A stretch of DNA of 11,608 nucleotides, filler included, from Pachysolen tannophilus NRRL Y-2460 (GCA_001661245.1; 10 parts of 10 records of this genome joined end to end with filler, not necessarily neighbours in it); one strand, 5' to 3'; positions 1 to 9,368 are shown, counted from the first letter of the whole stretch. The notes: generated from the letters alone by a model not told the origin. Numbers and translations are program-made.

Positions 1-125
1 TTTTTTTTTTTTTTTAAATTATTCTTTTCTTCTTTTCTTTTCATTTTTTTCTTTTTCTTTTTTTTTTTATATAAAAAATTCTTTTATTTGAAATCAATTT
101 TTAAATCATTTTTTCCTTTAATTTT

Positions 126-715
126 TTATTTTGCTTCTTTCTTTGATGGTTTCTTAGTTGTAGTAGTAGTAGTTGCCTTTTTCTTTGGAGTAACTTTCTT
201 TGTAGTAGCAGATTTCTTTACTGTAGATTTCTTTGATGATAGTGTCTTTTTAGTGGAAGGTTTTGAAACTTTCTTTGCTGCGGTTGATGTCTTTTTAGCA
301 GCTGGTTTTTTTTCCTTTTTAGCCAATTTAACTGGACCACTTGAACCTTTTGGTTGAATAAAATCACCAGAAACAACACCTCTTTTCAAAGCTAAATTGA
401 ATTGTGTATCGAAATTGCTACCAACTGAAAAATGATCAGCAATATATTTCTTTAAAGCTTGACGACTAAAAATGAAAAACCCGAAAAAAATGAAAAAAAA
501 ATTAGATTAAATTAGTATTTTATTTGACTTTTGGAGGGGCAAGGATTAAAATATTAAACATACCTTGAACCATTACGTTCTTTCTTTGAAGCAATAGCAA
601 TTGAAATCAATTCTAAACATCATACAGTTAGTATTCATCCATCAATACATCCAAATATATAATTAATAAATTAAATATATATGTATATATATATATATAT
701 ATATTTATATATTTA

Positions 716-746
<31 letters not shown>

Positions 747-841
747 AAAAATTTTTTTTTTCCTCTATGGGATTACTAACCTTTATAAGTTTTCTTTGAG
801 TCTGAAGAAACAGATTTCTTTGTTGCAGTTTTTGGAGCCAT
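126..841 (-). CDS. HHO1: Linker histone H1 (Hho1-like), three exons: 841-781, 612-564, 465-126; about 149 aa (151 aa if the in-frame ATG at 847 is used)
   Basis: Manual splicing gives MAPKTATKKSVSSDSKKTYK-E-LISIAIASKKERNGS-S-RQALKKYIADHFSVGSNFDTQFNLALKRGVVSGDFIQPKGSSGPVKLAKKEKKPAAKK...; this is the fungal H15 winged-helix signature (GSSRQALKKY, QPKG.SGPVKL) plus a Lys/Thr/Ser-rich tail. Exon phases are consistent. The ORF track shows only part of exon 3. Confidence 0.93.
466..563 (-). other. Spliceosomal intron 2 of histone H1 (98 nt)
   Basis: Donor GTATGT at 563, branch-like TACTAAT at 517-511, T-rich tract, acceptor TTTAG ending at 466; splicing restores GSSRQ. Confidence 0.9.
613..780 (-). 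other. Spliceosomal intron 1 of histone H1 (168 nt)
   Basis: Donor GTTAGT at 780, branch point TACTAAC at 633-627, acceptor TTTAG ending at 613; contains (TA)n and (TAAA)n microsatellites. Confidence 0.88.
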
Positions 842-1076
842 GATCATTTGGTACTAATTATTCTTTTCTTATCGATTGATTAATTGCCCTATATAAAATT
901 ATATCACTAATAATAATTTATATTATTAAAATTATTATCTTTTTTAAACAAGAAAAGTAAACAAATAAAAAGTAAATTAAAACTAGAAAGGAGATTCCCA
1001 AACCTTTAAATATTTTTTTTTGGCGATTATTTAAACCAAATAGAAAAGCAAAAAAAAAAAAAAAAAAAAAAAAACA

Positions 1077-1111
<35 letters not shown>

Positions 1112-1211
1112 NNNNNNNNNNNNNNNNNNNNNNNNNNNNNNNNNNNNNNNNNNNNTTAATTAATTAANNNNNNNNNNNNNNNNNNNNNNNNNNNNNNNNN
1201 NNNNNNNNNNN
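1112..1211. other. Artificial assembly spacer (44 N + TTAATTAATTAA + 44 N)
   Basis: Identical 100-nt unit repeated nine times; the core is a six-frame stop linker. Confidence 0.97.
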
Positions 1212-1326
1212 CTTTGAAAAAAAAAAAAATTTAAAAAGAAACTTTTCCAATACAGCAATTTCTTACACTAGCCAAAGTAGGTTTCAATAAGTCATAACTA
1301 CATAATCAACTAATAAGATCTTACAC

Positions 1327-1358
<32 letters not shown>

Positions 1359-1517
1359 GTTTACTCCAATAAAGTATAAATCTTAGAGATAGACTCTGTG
1401 TAAAGCATAGAGACAGAGTTAAATGCAAGCTGTACGGAACTGTTACACAAAACGAGTTTCCCTAGATGGAATTTTTGAGCTGAAAAACACTACCACAAAA
1501 AGATTCAAATAAGTAAA

Positions 1518-1587
1518 ACACACCACACCACACATCTTGCACCATTCACACCATTTACACCACACTCTACACCACTCACACCACTCA
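1518..1587. repeat. Degenerate CA-rich tandem repeat (core ACACCA, about 9-nt period)
   Basis: acacaccacaccacac..gcaccatt cacaccatt tacaccaca ctc tacaccact cacaccact. Confidence 0.7.
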
Positions 1588-1850
1588 AGTACTATGATGG
1601 GGTAATGTCCAATCAAGAGGATGGTGTTATATCTTATAATATTAATCAATAAATAAGTCAATTGAGTAGATAAATATGTAAATAAATAAATAAAAGAATA
1701 AATAAATAAAGGCTTTAATAAAATCTCTACGTAAAAAAAAATGTTAAAACGAAATGATGATGATAATTAAAATAAAAGTCTAAAGCAATATATTCAAGAA
1801 TGATCGAAACTTCATTTCATTAGTTTTTTTTTTTTTTTTTTTTTGGTTTC

Positions 1851-2280
1851 TTAAGAAAGTTCATTTAATACCCTGTTAACAGATTCTTTAACTTGTGATT
1901 TTGAACAATTCCAATCTTTTTCTATGGATTTCATTGGAATGTTTTTATAGATATCTTGTACTTTGATTTTTTCATCTTTTGATTGCAGTTTTAAATCTTG
2001 TACAATTTTTTTCACATTTGCATCAACTTCTTCATCTGAAGCTAAATTTAAAATATTTAAATATTTTTCAATATAATCACATTCCCTTAATTCATTTAAA
2101 CCTAATTGATGAAATCTATCAGGATTTCCCTTTTTCATATATTCCAGAGCAGAATCTTTTCTCTCTTTGATCATTTTGGCAAATAAATCATATAATTGAT
2201 ACTCAGTATTAGTACCTTTATTGTGGTTATTAATCTCTAAATTTTTAACCTCTGTCAAGATACTTCTAATAACATTTTTT
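1851..2280 (-). CDS. AIM41: Aim41/YqeY-like mitochondrial protein, 3' exon (5' exon missing from the contig)
   Basis: The frame extends upstream of the track's TTG start as KNVIRSILTEVKNLEI...FAKMIKERKDSAxEYMKKGNPDRF...ELRECDYIEKYL, matching the YqeY/Aim41 pattern. It is preceded by a poly-T tract and TAG (2283-2281), a probable 3' splice site. Confidence 0.75.
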
Positions 2281-2306
2281 CTACATAATTCAAAAAAAAA
2301 AATAAA

Positions 2307-2406
2307 NNNNNNNNNNNNNNNNNNNNNNNNNNNNNNNNNNNNNNNNNNNNTTAATTAATTAANNNNNNNNNNNNNNNNNNNNNNNNNNNNNNNNNNNNNN
2401 NNNNNN
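2307..2406. other. Artificial assembly spacer
   Basis: 44 N + TTAATTAATTAA + 44 N. Confidence 0.97.
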
Positions 2407-3498
2407 TTTATCTTGACTATGTCTTTTTGATTCTTTATTCTTTTAATTATTCTTTTTTTTTTTTTTTACTTCTTATTTGCTGTATTGCCTTTTTTACTTC
2501 TTATCGTTTTATTACTTTAAGTGTGCGTATTACATTTCATCTAGATTCACTTGGTGAATTTTTTTGTTTATTATCCAAGTTTCTGCTACTATGTTGTATT
2601 TGTTTATTGAAAGAAATTAAGCTTATTTGTCATATCTTCTGGAATGACAAACACAAAACCAAAAAGCATTCTGAATTTTTAATTTCTCCAATTATAAACT
2701 AGTTGTAAAAAAACCCGAGTTTAAGTAAATGTAGTTTACAAAAAAAATAAAAAATAAAAAAAAAAAAAAACCGAACCGAACGATTGAAAGATTGAACTAT
2801 TGAGCCAACAAACACCTTATATTAATTATAGTATTATTGGTTAAAAACAATTTTCAAATTGAAATAGTTGGAATCTAGATTTACTTCATTATTTTCCTAA
2901 TGATCTTCCAATCTAGTTATTTTTTTGTTATTTTGTTATTTCACGTCCGCTTCTTTAATCTATGATCGAAATTTGAATTATTCCCCCCAAGGTTCATATT
3001 CTAGATGGATGTTGTAGCATATAAAATAAAATGTCTTCTGATTTTGCCTAATGCAATCAAAAACGCGATCAGAACGATTTTTTCGTAGAGTAGTCGTTCT
3101 GAAATAAATAAATGCATAATTTTAAAAAACAAAGAGCAATTTTTAACTTAGACCACGCTTCTGTCTGTGTGTATGTGTATATGTGTGTTATTTTTTTTTT
3201 TTTACCCTAAAAATTCAGAATATTTGGTCCCAAAACAAAGAACGAGCAAAAGTGTCTCTTTTTTTTTACATATACATCTAACACTCACCAACGGTTTGAT
3301 CATCAAATAATATTTATAATCTTTATAAAGATTTATATGAAAAAATTAGAAAAAAAAATTATCTTAATATCTACCTTCATAACCTTATAAACTTTTATTA
3401 ACAACACCAATCTTATTGACGGTACAACAACTGAAAACATAGTAAAGGAAGGGGCTTTTTTTAATTTTTTGGGTTTTTTTTTTTTTTATTTTTTTAAA

Positions 3499-3598
3499 NN
3501 NNNNNNNNNNNNNNNNNNNNNNNNNNNNNNNNNNNNNNNNNNTTAATTAATTAANNNNNNNNNNNNNNNNNNNNNNNNNNNNNNNNNNNNNNNNNNNN
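3499..3598. other. Artificial assembly spacer
   Basis: 44 N + TTAATTAATTAA + 44 N. Confidence 0.97.
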
Positions 3599-3646
<48 letters not shown>

Positions 3647-3727
3647 AAATGGTGGTTTTCTGATTTTTTTTTTTCTTTTTCTTTTTCATTTTTTAATCAA
3701 CTGTATTAATGCTGATCCATATTATTT

Positions 3728-4642
3728 TCACCATTTCAAAGGTAACCATCCTTTCTCGTAAGCGTACTTATTTATTTCGTCATCATCAAACATTTCAATA
3801 AATTGTTGATCCAATGGTCTTTCTTTTGGATAACTGAATTTTCTATATTCATCAAATATCATTGATAAAGACCATTTTTGTAATTTTCTAATACAACCAA
3901 TCAAACAACCAGTTCTATGTTTCCCTCTATTACAATGTACCAATATTGGTTGATGTTCTGGATTTAAAACAATTTTTAAAGCACGTTCAACTAATTCTGG
4001 TTTAATCTTAACAAATGGTTCTTTATTTCCAGACATTCCAATTTGGAAAAAATTAATATTATATTCTTGTAAAAAATTTAAATTTTCTGATGGATATTCT
4101 TCTGGTATAAGACAAATAACTGATTTTAATTTTAATTTTTTCAAAAATTCAAAATTTTCTTCCTTTGGGAAAGATGATCTATAAACTTCACCACAAACAA
4201 ATGCAAAATTTTCTGGTGGTGTTACTAATTTGATATTATTATTATTTATTGTATCATTAGTATTTGATATTGAATTATTAGAATCATATATCTCTGTATC
4301 TTTAGTTCCAAAACTATTATTTTCATTGGATCCATTTGACAGCAATCTTTGTAAATTAATCTCTTCTTGAATCTTTAAAATTTCCAACTTTGTCGATGTA
4401 TCTTGTAAATCATAAAAATCTTTAATCTCAACATGATGATGATTATTTTTTTCTCCACTATTTTCCATTACTTTACTCATACTCAGTTCTAAATCAGAAC
4501 TATACACTTCTTCATCATTATCATTCCTATTATTATTATCATTAATTAACCTTGATCGTACCTTGTTTTTTTTATTATTATCCACATTCTTATCATCATT
4601 ATTCGTGAAATCATCTTCAAATTCGAACAACTCGTCAGCCAT
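3728..4642 (-). CDS. SIW14: Siw14-family atypical dual-specificity phosphatase (inositol pyrophosphate phosphatase), 304 aa
   Basis: PPENF..V...VYRSSFP, catalytic HCNRGKHRTGCL, DEYRKF..PKER.LDQQFIE, C-terminal WLPLKW; Asn/Asp-rich disordered N-terminus. Confidence 0.93.
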   Translation of the reverse strand: MADELFEFEDDFTNNDDKNVDNNKKNKVRSRLINDNNNRNDNDEEVYSSDLELSMSKVMENSGEKNNHHHVEIKDFYDLQDTSTKLEILKIQEEINLQRLLSNGSNENNSFGTKDTEIYDSNNSISNTNDTINNNNIKLVTPPENFAFVCGEVYRSSFPKEENFEFLKKLKLKSVICLIPEEYPSENLNFLQEYNINFFQIGMSGNKEPFVKIKPELVERALKIVLNPEHQPILVHCNRGKHRTGCLIGCIRKLQKWSLSMIFDEYRKFSYPKERPLDQQFIEMFDDDEINKYAYEKGWLPLKW

Positions 4643-4690
4643 TCTTTAAAAAAAAAAAAAAAAAAAATATTATATTATATATATATATAT

Positions 4691-4790
4691 NNNNNNNNNN
4701 NNNNNNNNNNNNNNNNNNNNNNNNNNNNNNNNNNTTAATTAATTAANNNNNNNNNNNNNNNNNNNNNNNNNNNNNNNNNNNNNNNNNNNN
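4691..4790. other. Artificial assembly spacer
   Basis: 44 N + TTAATTAATTAA + 44 N. Confidence 0.97.
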
Positions 4791-5072
4791 AAATTTCACA
4801 CAAAACAGAAATTTTTTTTTTTTTTTTTTTTCAAATGAAAATTTAAAGAAATCAAATCAAAAATTAATTTTAATCAGAATAAAAACCAATAGTAAGAGAC
4901 TGTTTGGTTCATCTTATTATCTACAAGTTTAAAGGTTAAAATATTTATAGTATAGTATATATCTTTTTTTTCTTTTCTTTATATTAATTTGTTATATATA
5001 ACATTTGAGAAAAATAAAAAAAAAAAAAAACATTTTGGTAAAAAAACAAGACAAGTTTTGAAAACGATAACC

Positions 5073-5779
5073 TTAGATGAAAGTTTCATATGGAACTGGA
5101 GCTAAAGTAGTTGCTGCACCTGAAACAACTCTTGCTTCTCTTGGTTGAGCTGGTTTTCTCTTTAATTGAACTTTTGTACCTGTTGAACGAGCTTCTAATC
5201 TCTTGGCAGCATTTTCTTTAACTCTGTTTAAAAATTCTTGACGACACAGAGAATGTTTAACATGTTCAACTCTTAAATTGACTCTTTTTTCAATATATCT
5301 GTTACCTACAATTTTGTTGATAATTACACCAACTGAAGATTTGGTAACATTGTAGACAATACCGGTTTTACCGTGGTAGTATTTATGTGGCATACCTTTT
5401 TGGATCGAACCATTAGCCTTAATATCAACGATATCACCGACTTTGTAAATCTTCAAGTATGTAGATAATGGAATGGCACCATGTTTCTTAAAATCACGCT
5501 GGAAAGCGTAACGAGTACCAGATCTGTAACCACGACTAAAAGAAATAAAAAACAAATAATAAAACAAAGAACAAAAAGTTAGTAACTAATCCATAGAATA
5601 AAATGAAAAAAAAACTTTCATGAAGCCAGTATTAATAAAAATGTGAAAAAAAAATTGTATTCATTAAATCAAATAATTATTCACCTAATAAATTTCACCA
5701 TTAAAGTTTAAAACAACATTCGCATTCACATTAACATTCACAATCATCAAACAATATATTAAACATACCTTTTACCCAT
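5073..5779 (-). CDS. RPL21: 60S ribosomal protein L21 (eL21), two exons: 5779-5769 and 5535-5073; 157 aa
   Basis: Spliced product MGKSRGYRSGTRYAFQRDFKKHG...KVGDIVDIKANGSIQKGMPHKYYHGKTG...LAPVPYETFI. The track's N-terminal MFYYLFFISF is intron sequence. Confidence 0.97.
5536..5768 (-). other. RPL21 spliceosomal intron (233 nt)
   Basis: Donor GTATGT at 5768, TACTAAC at 5584-5578, T-rich tract, TTTTAG ending at 5536. Confidence 0.95.
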
Positions 5780-5830
5780 TTTCTAGAATAGTTTTCTTAT
5801 TGATATATTCTATTAAAATTAAAACTCTTC

Positions 5831-5861
<31 letters not shown>

Positions 5862-5874
5862 TATTAATAATATA

Positions 5875-5974
5875 NNNNNNNNNNNNNNNNNNNNNNNNNN
5901 NNNNNNNNNNNNNNNNNNTTAATTAATTAANNNNNNNNNNNNNNNNNNNNNNNNNNNNNNNNNNNNNNNNNNNN
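5875..5974. other. Artificial assembly spacer
   Basis: 44 N + TTAATTAATTAA + 44 N. Confidence 0.97.
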
Positions 5975-7057
5975 AGACTGGAGCTGATGATCTACCTGAA
6001 CTTGCGACACCAGATGAACTAAAGACTGGAGCAGAAGATCTACCTGAACTTGGTACTCCTGAAGAACTCAGAGCTGGAGCTGAAGAAGCTGAACTTGCAA
6101 CACTAGCTGAACTAAATACTGGAGCAGAAGATCTACCTGAGCTTGGAACTCCTGATGAACCGGAAGCCGCTGCTAGAGAACTAGCTGAACTTCCTGCACC
6201 AGACGAACTAAATACTGGAGCTGAAGATCTACCTGAACTTGGAACACCAGATGAACTAAATACTGGAGCCGAAGGTCTACCTGAGCTTGGTACTCCTGAA
6301 GAGCTCAGAGTTGGTGCTGAATAAGCTGAACTTGAAGCACCAGATGAACTAAATACTGGAGCCGAAGGTCTAACTGAACTTGCGGCACCAGATGAACTAA
6401 ATACTGGAGCCGAAGGTCTACCTGAGCTTGGAACACCAGATGAACTAAATACTGGAGCCGAAGGTCTACCTGAGCTTGCTACTCCTGATGAACCGGAAGC
6501 CGCTGCTAGAGAACTAGCTGAACTTCCTGCACCAGACGAACTAAATACTGGAGCTGAAGATCTACTTGAACTTGGAACTTCTGATGAACTCAGAGCTGGA
6601 GCTGAATAAGCTGAGCTAGGAACTCCTGATGAACTCAGAGCTGGAGCTGAAGAAGCTGAACTTGCAACACTAGCTGAACTAAATACTGGAGCCGAAGATC
6701 TACCTGAGCTTAGAACTCCTGATGAACTCAGAGCTGGAGCTGAATAAGCTGAACTTGCAACACTAGATGAACTAAAGACTGGAGCCGAAGGTCTACCTGA
6801 GCTTGCTACTCCTGATGAACCGGAAGCCGCTGCTAGAGAACTAGCTGAACTTCCTGCACCAGACGAACTAAATACTGGAGCCGAAGATCTACCTGAACTT
6901 GGAACACCAGATGAACCAAATACTGGAGCCGAAGATCTACCTGAACTTGGTACTGCTGAAGAACTCAGAGCTGGAGCTGAATAAGCTGAGCTTAGAACTC
7001 CTGATGAACTCAGAGCTGGAGCTGAATAAGCTGAACTTGGAACACCAGATGAACTAA
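5975..7057. repeat. Coding minisatellite of 48-bp and 45-bp units (about 23 copies)
   Basis: Recurrent gaactaaatactggagccgaagatctacctgaacttggaacaccagat-type units; all length changes are multiples of 3. Confidence 0.95.
5976..7055 (-). CDS. Internal fragment (360 codons, no start or stop) of a Ser/Ala/Gly/Pro-rich tandem-repeat protein, probably a cell-wall adhesin/mucin-like glycoprotein
   Basis: I read the whole contig codon by codon: one minus-strand frame is stop-free and gives repeats such as SSGVPSSGRSSAPVFS, SSGVPSSAYSAPAxS and SSGAGSSASSLAAASG. Many differences between copies are synonymous (TCA/TCT/TCG, AGT/AGC, GTA/GTC). The function is inferred from composition only. Confidence 0.82.
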
Positions 7058-7157
7058 NNNNNNNNNNNNNNNNNNNNNNNNNNNNNNNNNNNNNNNNNNN
7101 NTTAATTAATTAANNNNNNNNNNNNNNNNNNNNNNNNNNNNNNNNNNNNNNNNNNNN
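7058..7157. other. Artificial assembly spacer
   Basis: 44 N + TTAATTAATTAA + 44 N. Confidence 0.97.
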
Positions 7158-8239
7158 AAAAAAAAATAAAAAAAAANAAAAAAAAAAAAATAAAATAATT
7201 ACTTAATAAGTAAAAAGTCAAAAGGTATACATATCTATCAAAAAATTAAAGTTCAACTAAAAAGACAAAAATTTAAATAAGGTCAGAATAGGCATTATTG
7301 TCATGCATTAGCCTTTTTCATGCAAGCTTATAATGACGAAGCTTAAGCGGAAATAATCTAAAAGAATGCATCATCGCATGCATGGTATTATATTATTCTA
7401 TACCGATTTTATTTTAATCCTGTATTTTTAATTTTATAGTGAACAATTTCTGTTTTTGTTAATGAATGGTTTATGATTGTTGCTAATTTTAAAATGTTAT
7501 TATTGTTGTTGTACTTAATGGATTTCTTTTAAAAAAAAAATCTTTTTTTTTGTTTCAAAAAAATGAGTAGTAGTTAGGTGAATGAATAAATGGATTTAAA
7601 CTGGGGTGGGTAATCCTTTGGCAGAGTTTAAGAATATACATTTACGTTTATTACTGTTCACGCAAGTATCCAGAAAAAACAGTAATATAAAATGTTTTGT
7701 AATTTTTTTTTTGTTTTTTTTTTTAATTGTGAATCACTGTTACATACGCATGTAAATACTAATTATTATTTTAAACAGCTTTGAGTTATATTTTCCATGT
7801 TCTTTGAAGAAAAAATCTTTAAAATCGTTCGATCAGAATTTAGACCAGACTCCCCTGTTTTTTTTTTTTAAGTTAGTTCAATTATTGCTTAATATTCAAT
7901 GAAATGCTTGAGATAAAAATGAAAACGTCATGGTAGACACAAATTTTTCGTTTTTTTTTTTTTCTTTCTTTTTTTTTTTTTGTGTGTAGTCTCTTTTTAA
8001 TACAGCTTCATTTTTTTACAAATATTACATACGTACCTTAATAAGCTTCTATTACGAACCAATGTGTTTTTATATAATTATATATATATATTTATTATAA
8101 GCTTATTCATATACAGTACTAATGTTTTCTGTTCAAACTTAATAATTAAGCCCCTATATGCAGCTGTGCGTCAATGAAAAGAAGCGTTTTTTTTTTGTAC
8201 TTTTTTATTTTTTTTTTTTTTATTTTTTGTTTTTTTGGG

Positions 8240-8339
8240 NNNNNNNNNNNNNNNNNNNNNNNNNNNNNNNNNNNNNNNNNNNNTTAATTAATTAANNNNN
8301 NNNNNNNNNNNNNNNNNNNNNNNNNNNNNNNNNNNNNNN
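8240..8339. other. Artificial assembly spacer
   Basis: 44 N + TTAATTAATTAA + 44 N. Confidence 0.97.
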
Positions 8340-8374
<35 letters not shown>

Positions 8375-8601
8375 AATCGGCGTGTAAATATCGGCTCAAA
8401 AATGATAATGACAGTGACACTTTTTAATTTTAAATTTTCTAGTTATTTCTATGTTCGTGTCACTAACTGTGAAGAACCGAAATTTTTCGGAAAAGGGCCA
8501 ATAACACTCAACTCTTACAAAAAACAACACATAATTTTTGCCGTTTTTTATTTTTTTTCTTATTTTTTCTATTTTTTGTAGTAATAATAAAGTGTAATAA
8601 A

Positions 8602-8623
8602 GTGTGTGTGTGTGTGTGTGTGT
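8602..8623. repeat. (GT)11 microsatellite, followed by (AAT)n, (TTTTA)n and (TTG)n simple repeats upstream of the cytochrome b5 gene
   Basis: Directly visible. Confidence 0.9.
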
Positions 8624-9004
8624 ATGAATGTGTGTATGAGTGTGTCGCTTTTTAAAGTGTAATCTTAATAAATAAATAATAATAATAATAATTATTATTA
8701 TTTTATTTTATTTTATTTTATTTACAGTATTATTTATTCATTTTATAAATTGATAAAATACTTTTTTTATTCTTTTTTATTCTTTTTTCTTCTTTTCATC
8801 TATTATTATTATTATTGTTGTTGTTGTTGTTAATATTCTATTATAACAAGTTTTTAGTTGATATTAGAATTTTTTATTTTTATTAATTCAACAAGTGTTT
8901 GCCGGGAAAAAGTTTTTTTTTTCCAAGAAACTTTTAAAATATTTGATCAAGTGGAGGTTAATGGATGAATAGAATAAGATTGAATAGAATTGGTTCGACA
9001 ATAT

Positions 9005-9270
9005 ATGATGATTAGAAGTTTCATCCCATTTTCATCATTAAATTCAAATAGTATTAATGGTAGTATTAAGAAAAATAATATTGATAGTACCAAGGTTGGA
9101 ATTAATAATGATAAAGAAAGCAGCAGCAGCTGTTGTAGTAGCAGCAACAACGATTTACAAACAAAAAAATATACATTGAAAGAAGTTTCTGCTCATACAT
9201 CCACAGACGATTTATGGATGATAATACGTCATAAAGTTTATAATGTTACAAAATTTGTTGCTGATCATCC
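9005..9270 (+). CDS. Cytochrome b5-like heme-binding domain protein, first exon (partial gene)
   Basis: First in-frame ATG at 9005; KKYTLKEVSAHTSTDDLWMIIRHKVYNVTKFVADHP matches the cytochrome b5 fold up to the HPGG heme ligand motif, which is interrupted by a GTAAGT donor at 9271. Confidence 0.85.
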
Positions 9271-9360
9271 GTAAGTAAAATATTAAAAGAAAGAAAGATT
9301 TTTGTTTTTGGTTACTTAACTTTTTTTTTTTTTTTTTTTGTTTTGTTATTGTTATTAAGG
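9271..9360 (+). other. Intron in the cytochrome b5-domain gene (3' end uncertain by 1-2 nt)
   Basis: GTAAGT donor, branch-like TACTTAAC at 9313-9320, long T tract, then AGGGGGAG at 9361 that would encode the rest of (P)GG. Confidence 0.75.
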
Positions 9361-9368
9361 AGGGGGAG

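Noticed and set aside
88..357. 89-aa hydrophobic ORF on the + strand
   Set aside because: Antisense shadow of the Lys/Thr-rich histone H1 tail; TTG start
1156..1167. Regularly spaced TTAATTAATTAA palindromes as a biological repeat or CRISPR-like array
   Set aside because: Always centred in exactly 44+44 Ns; this is a six-frame stop linker added during assembly
1380..1660. Telomerase RNA (CA-rich template plus Sm site)
   Set aside because: The Sm-like site lies 5' of the putative template rather than at the 3' end, the CA tract is too long and irregular for a template, and no pseudoknot is evident
1443..1661. 72-aa ORF with WCEWCRVWCKWCEWCK, resembling a Cys/Trp metal-binding peptide
   Set aside because: TTG start; the Cys/Trp pattern is just the translation of the TGGTGT repeat
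1979..2170. 63-aa + strand ORF
   Set aside because: Antisense to AIM41, non-ATG start
2427..2702. 91-aa Phe/Leu-rich ORF
   Set aside because: TTG start, derived from T-rich low-complexity DNA, no recognisable motif
5977..7057. Acidic + strand reading (TGAEDLPELGTPDELN repeats)
   Set aside because: Interrupted by TAA in most type-B units; only the minus-strand Ser-rich frame is fully open
8947..9150. 67-aa Leu-rich minus-strand ORF
   Set aside because: Antisense shadow of the cytochrome b5 exon
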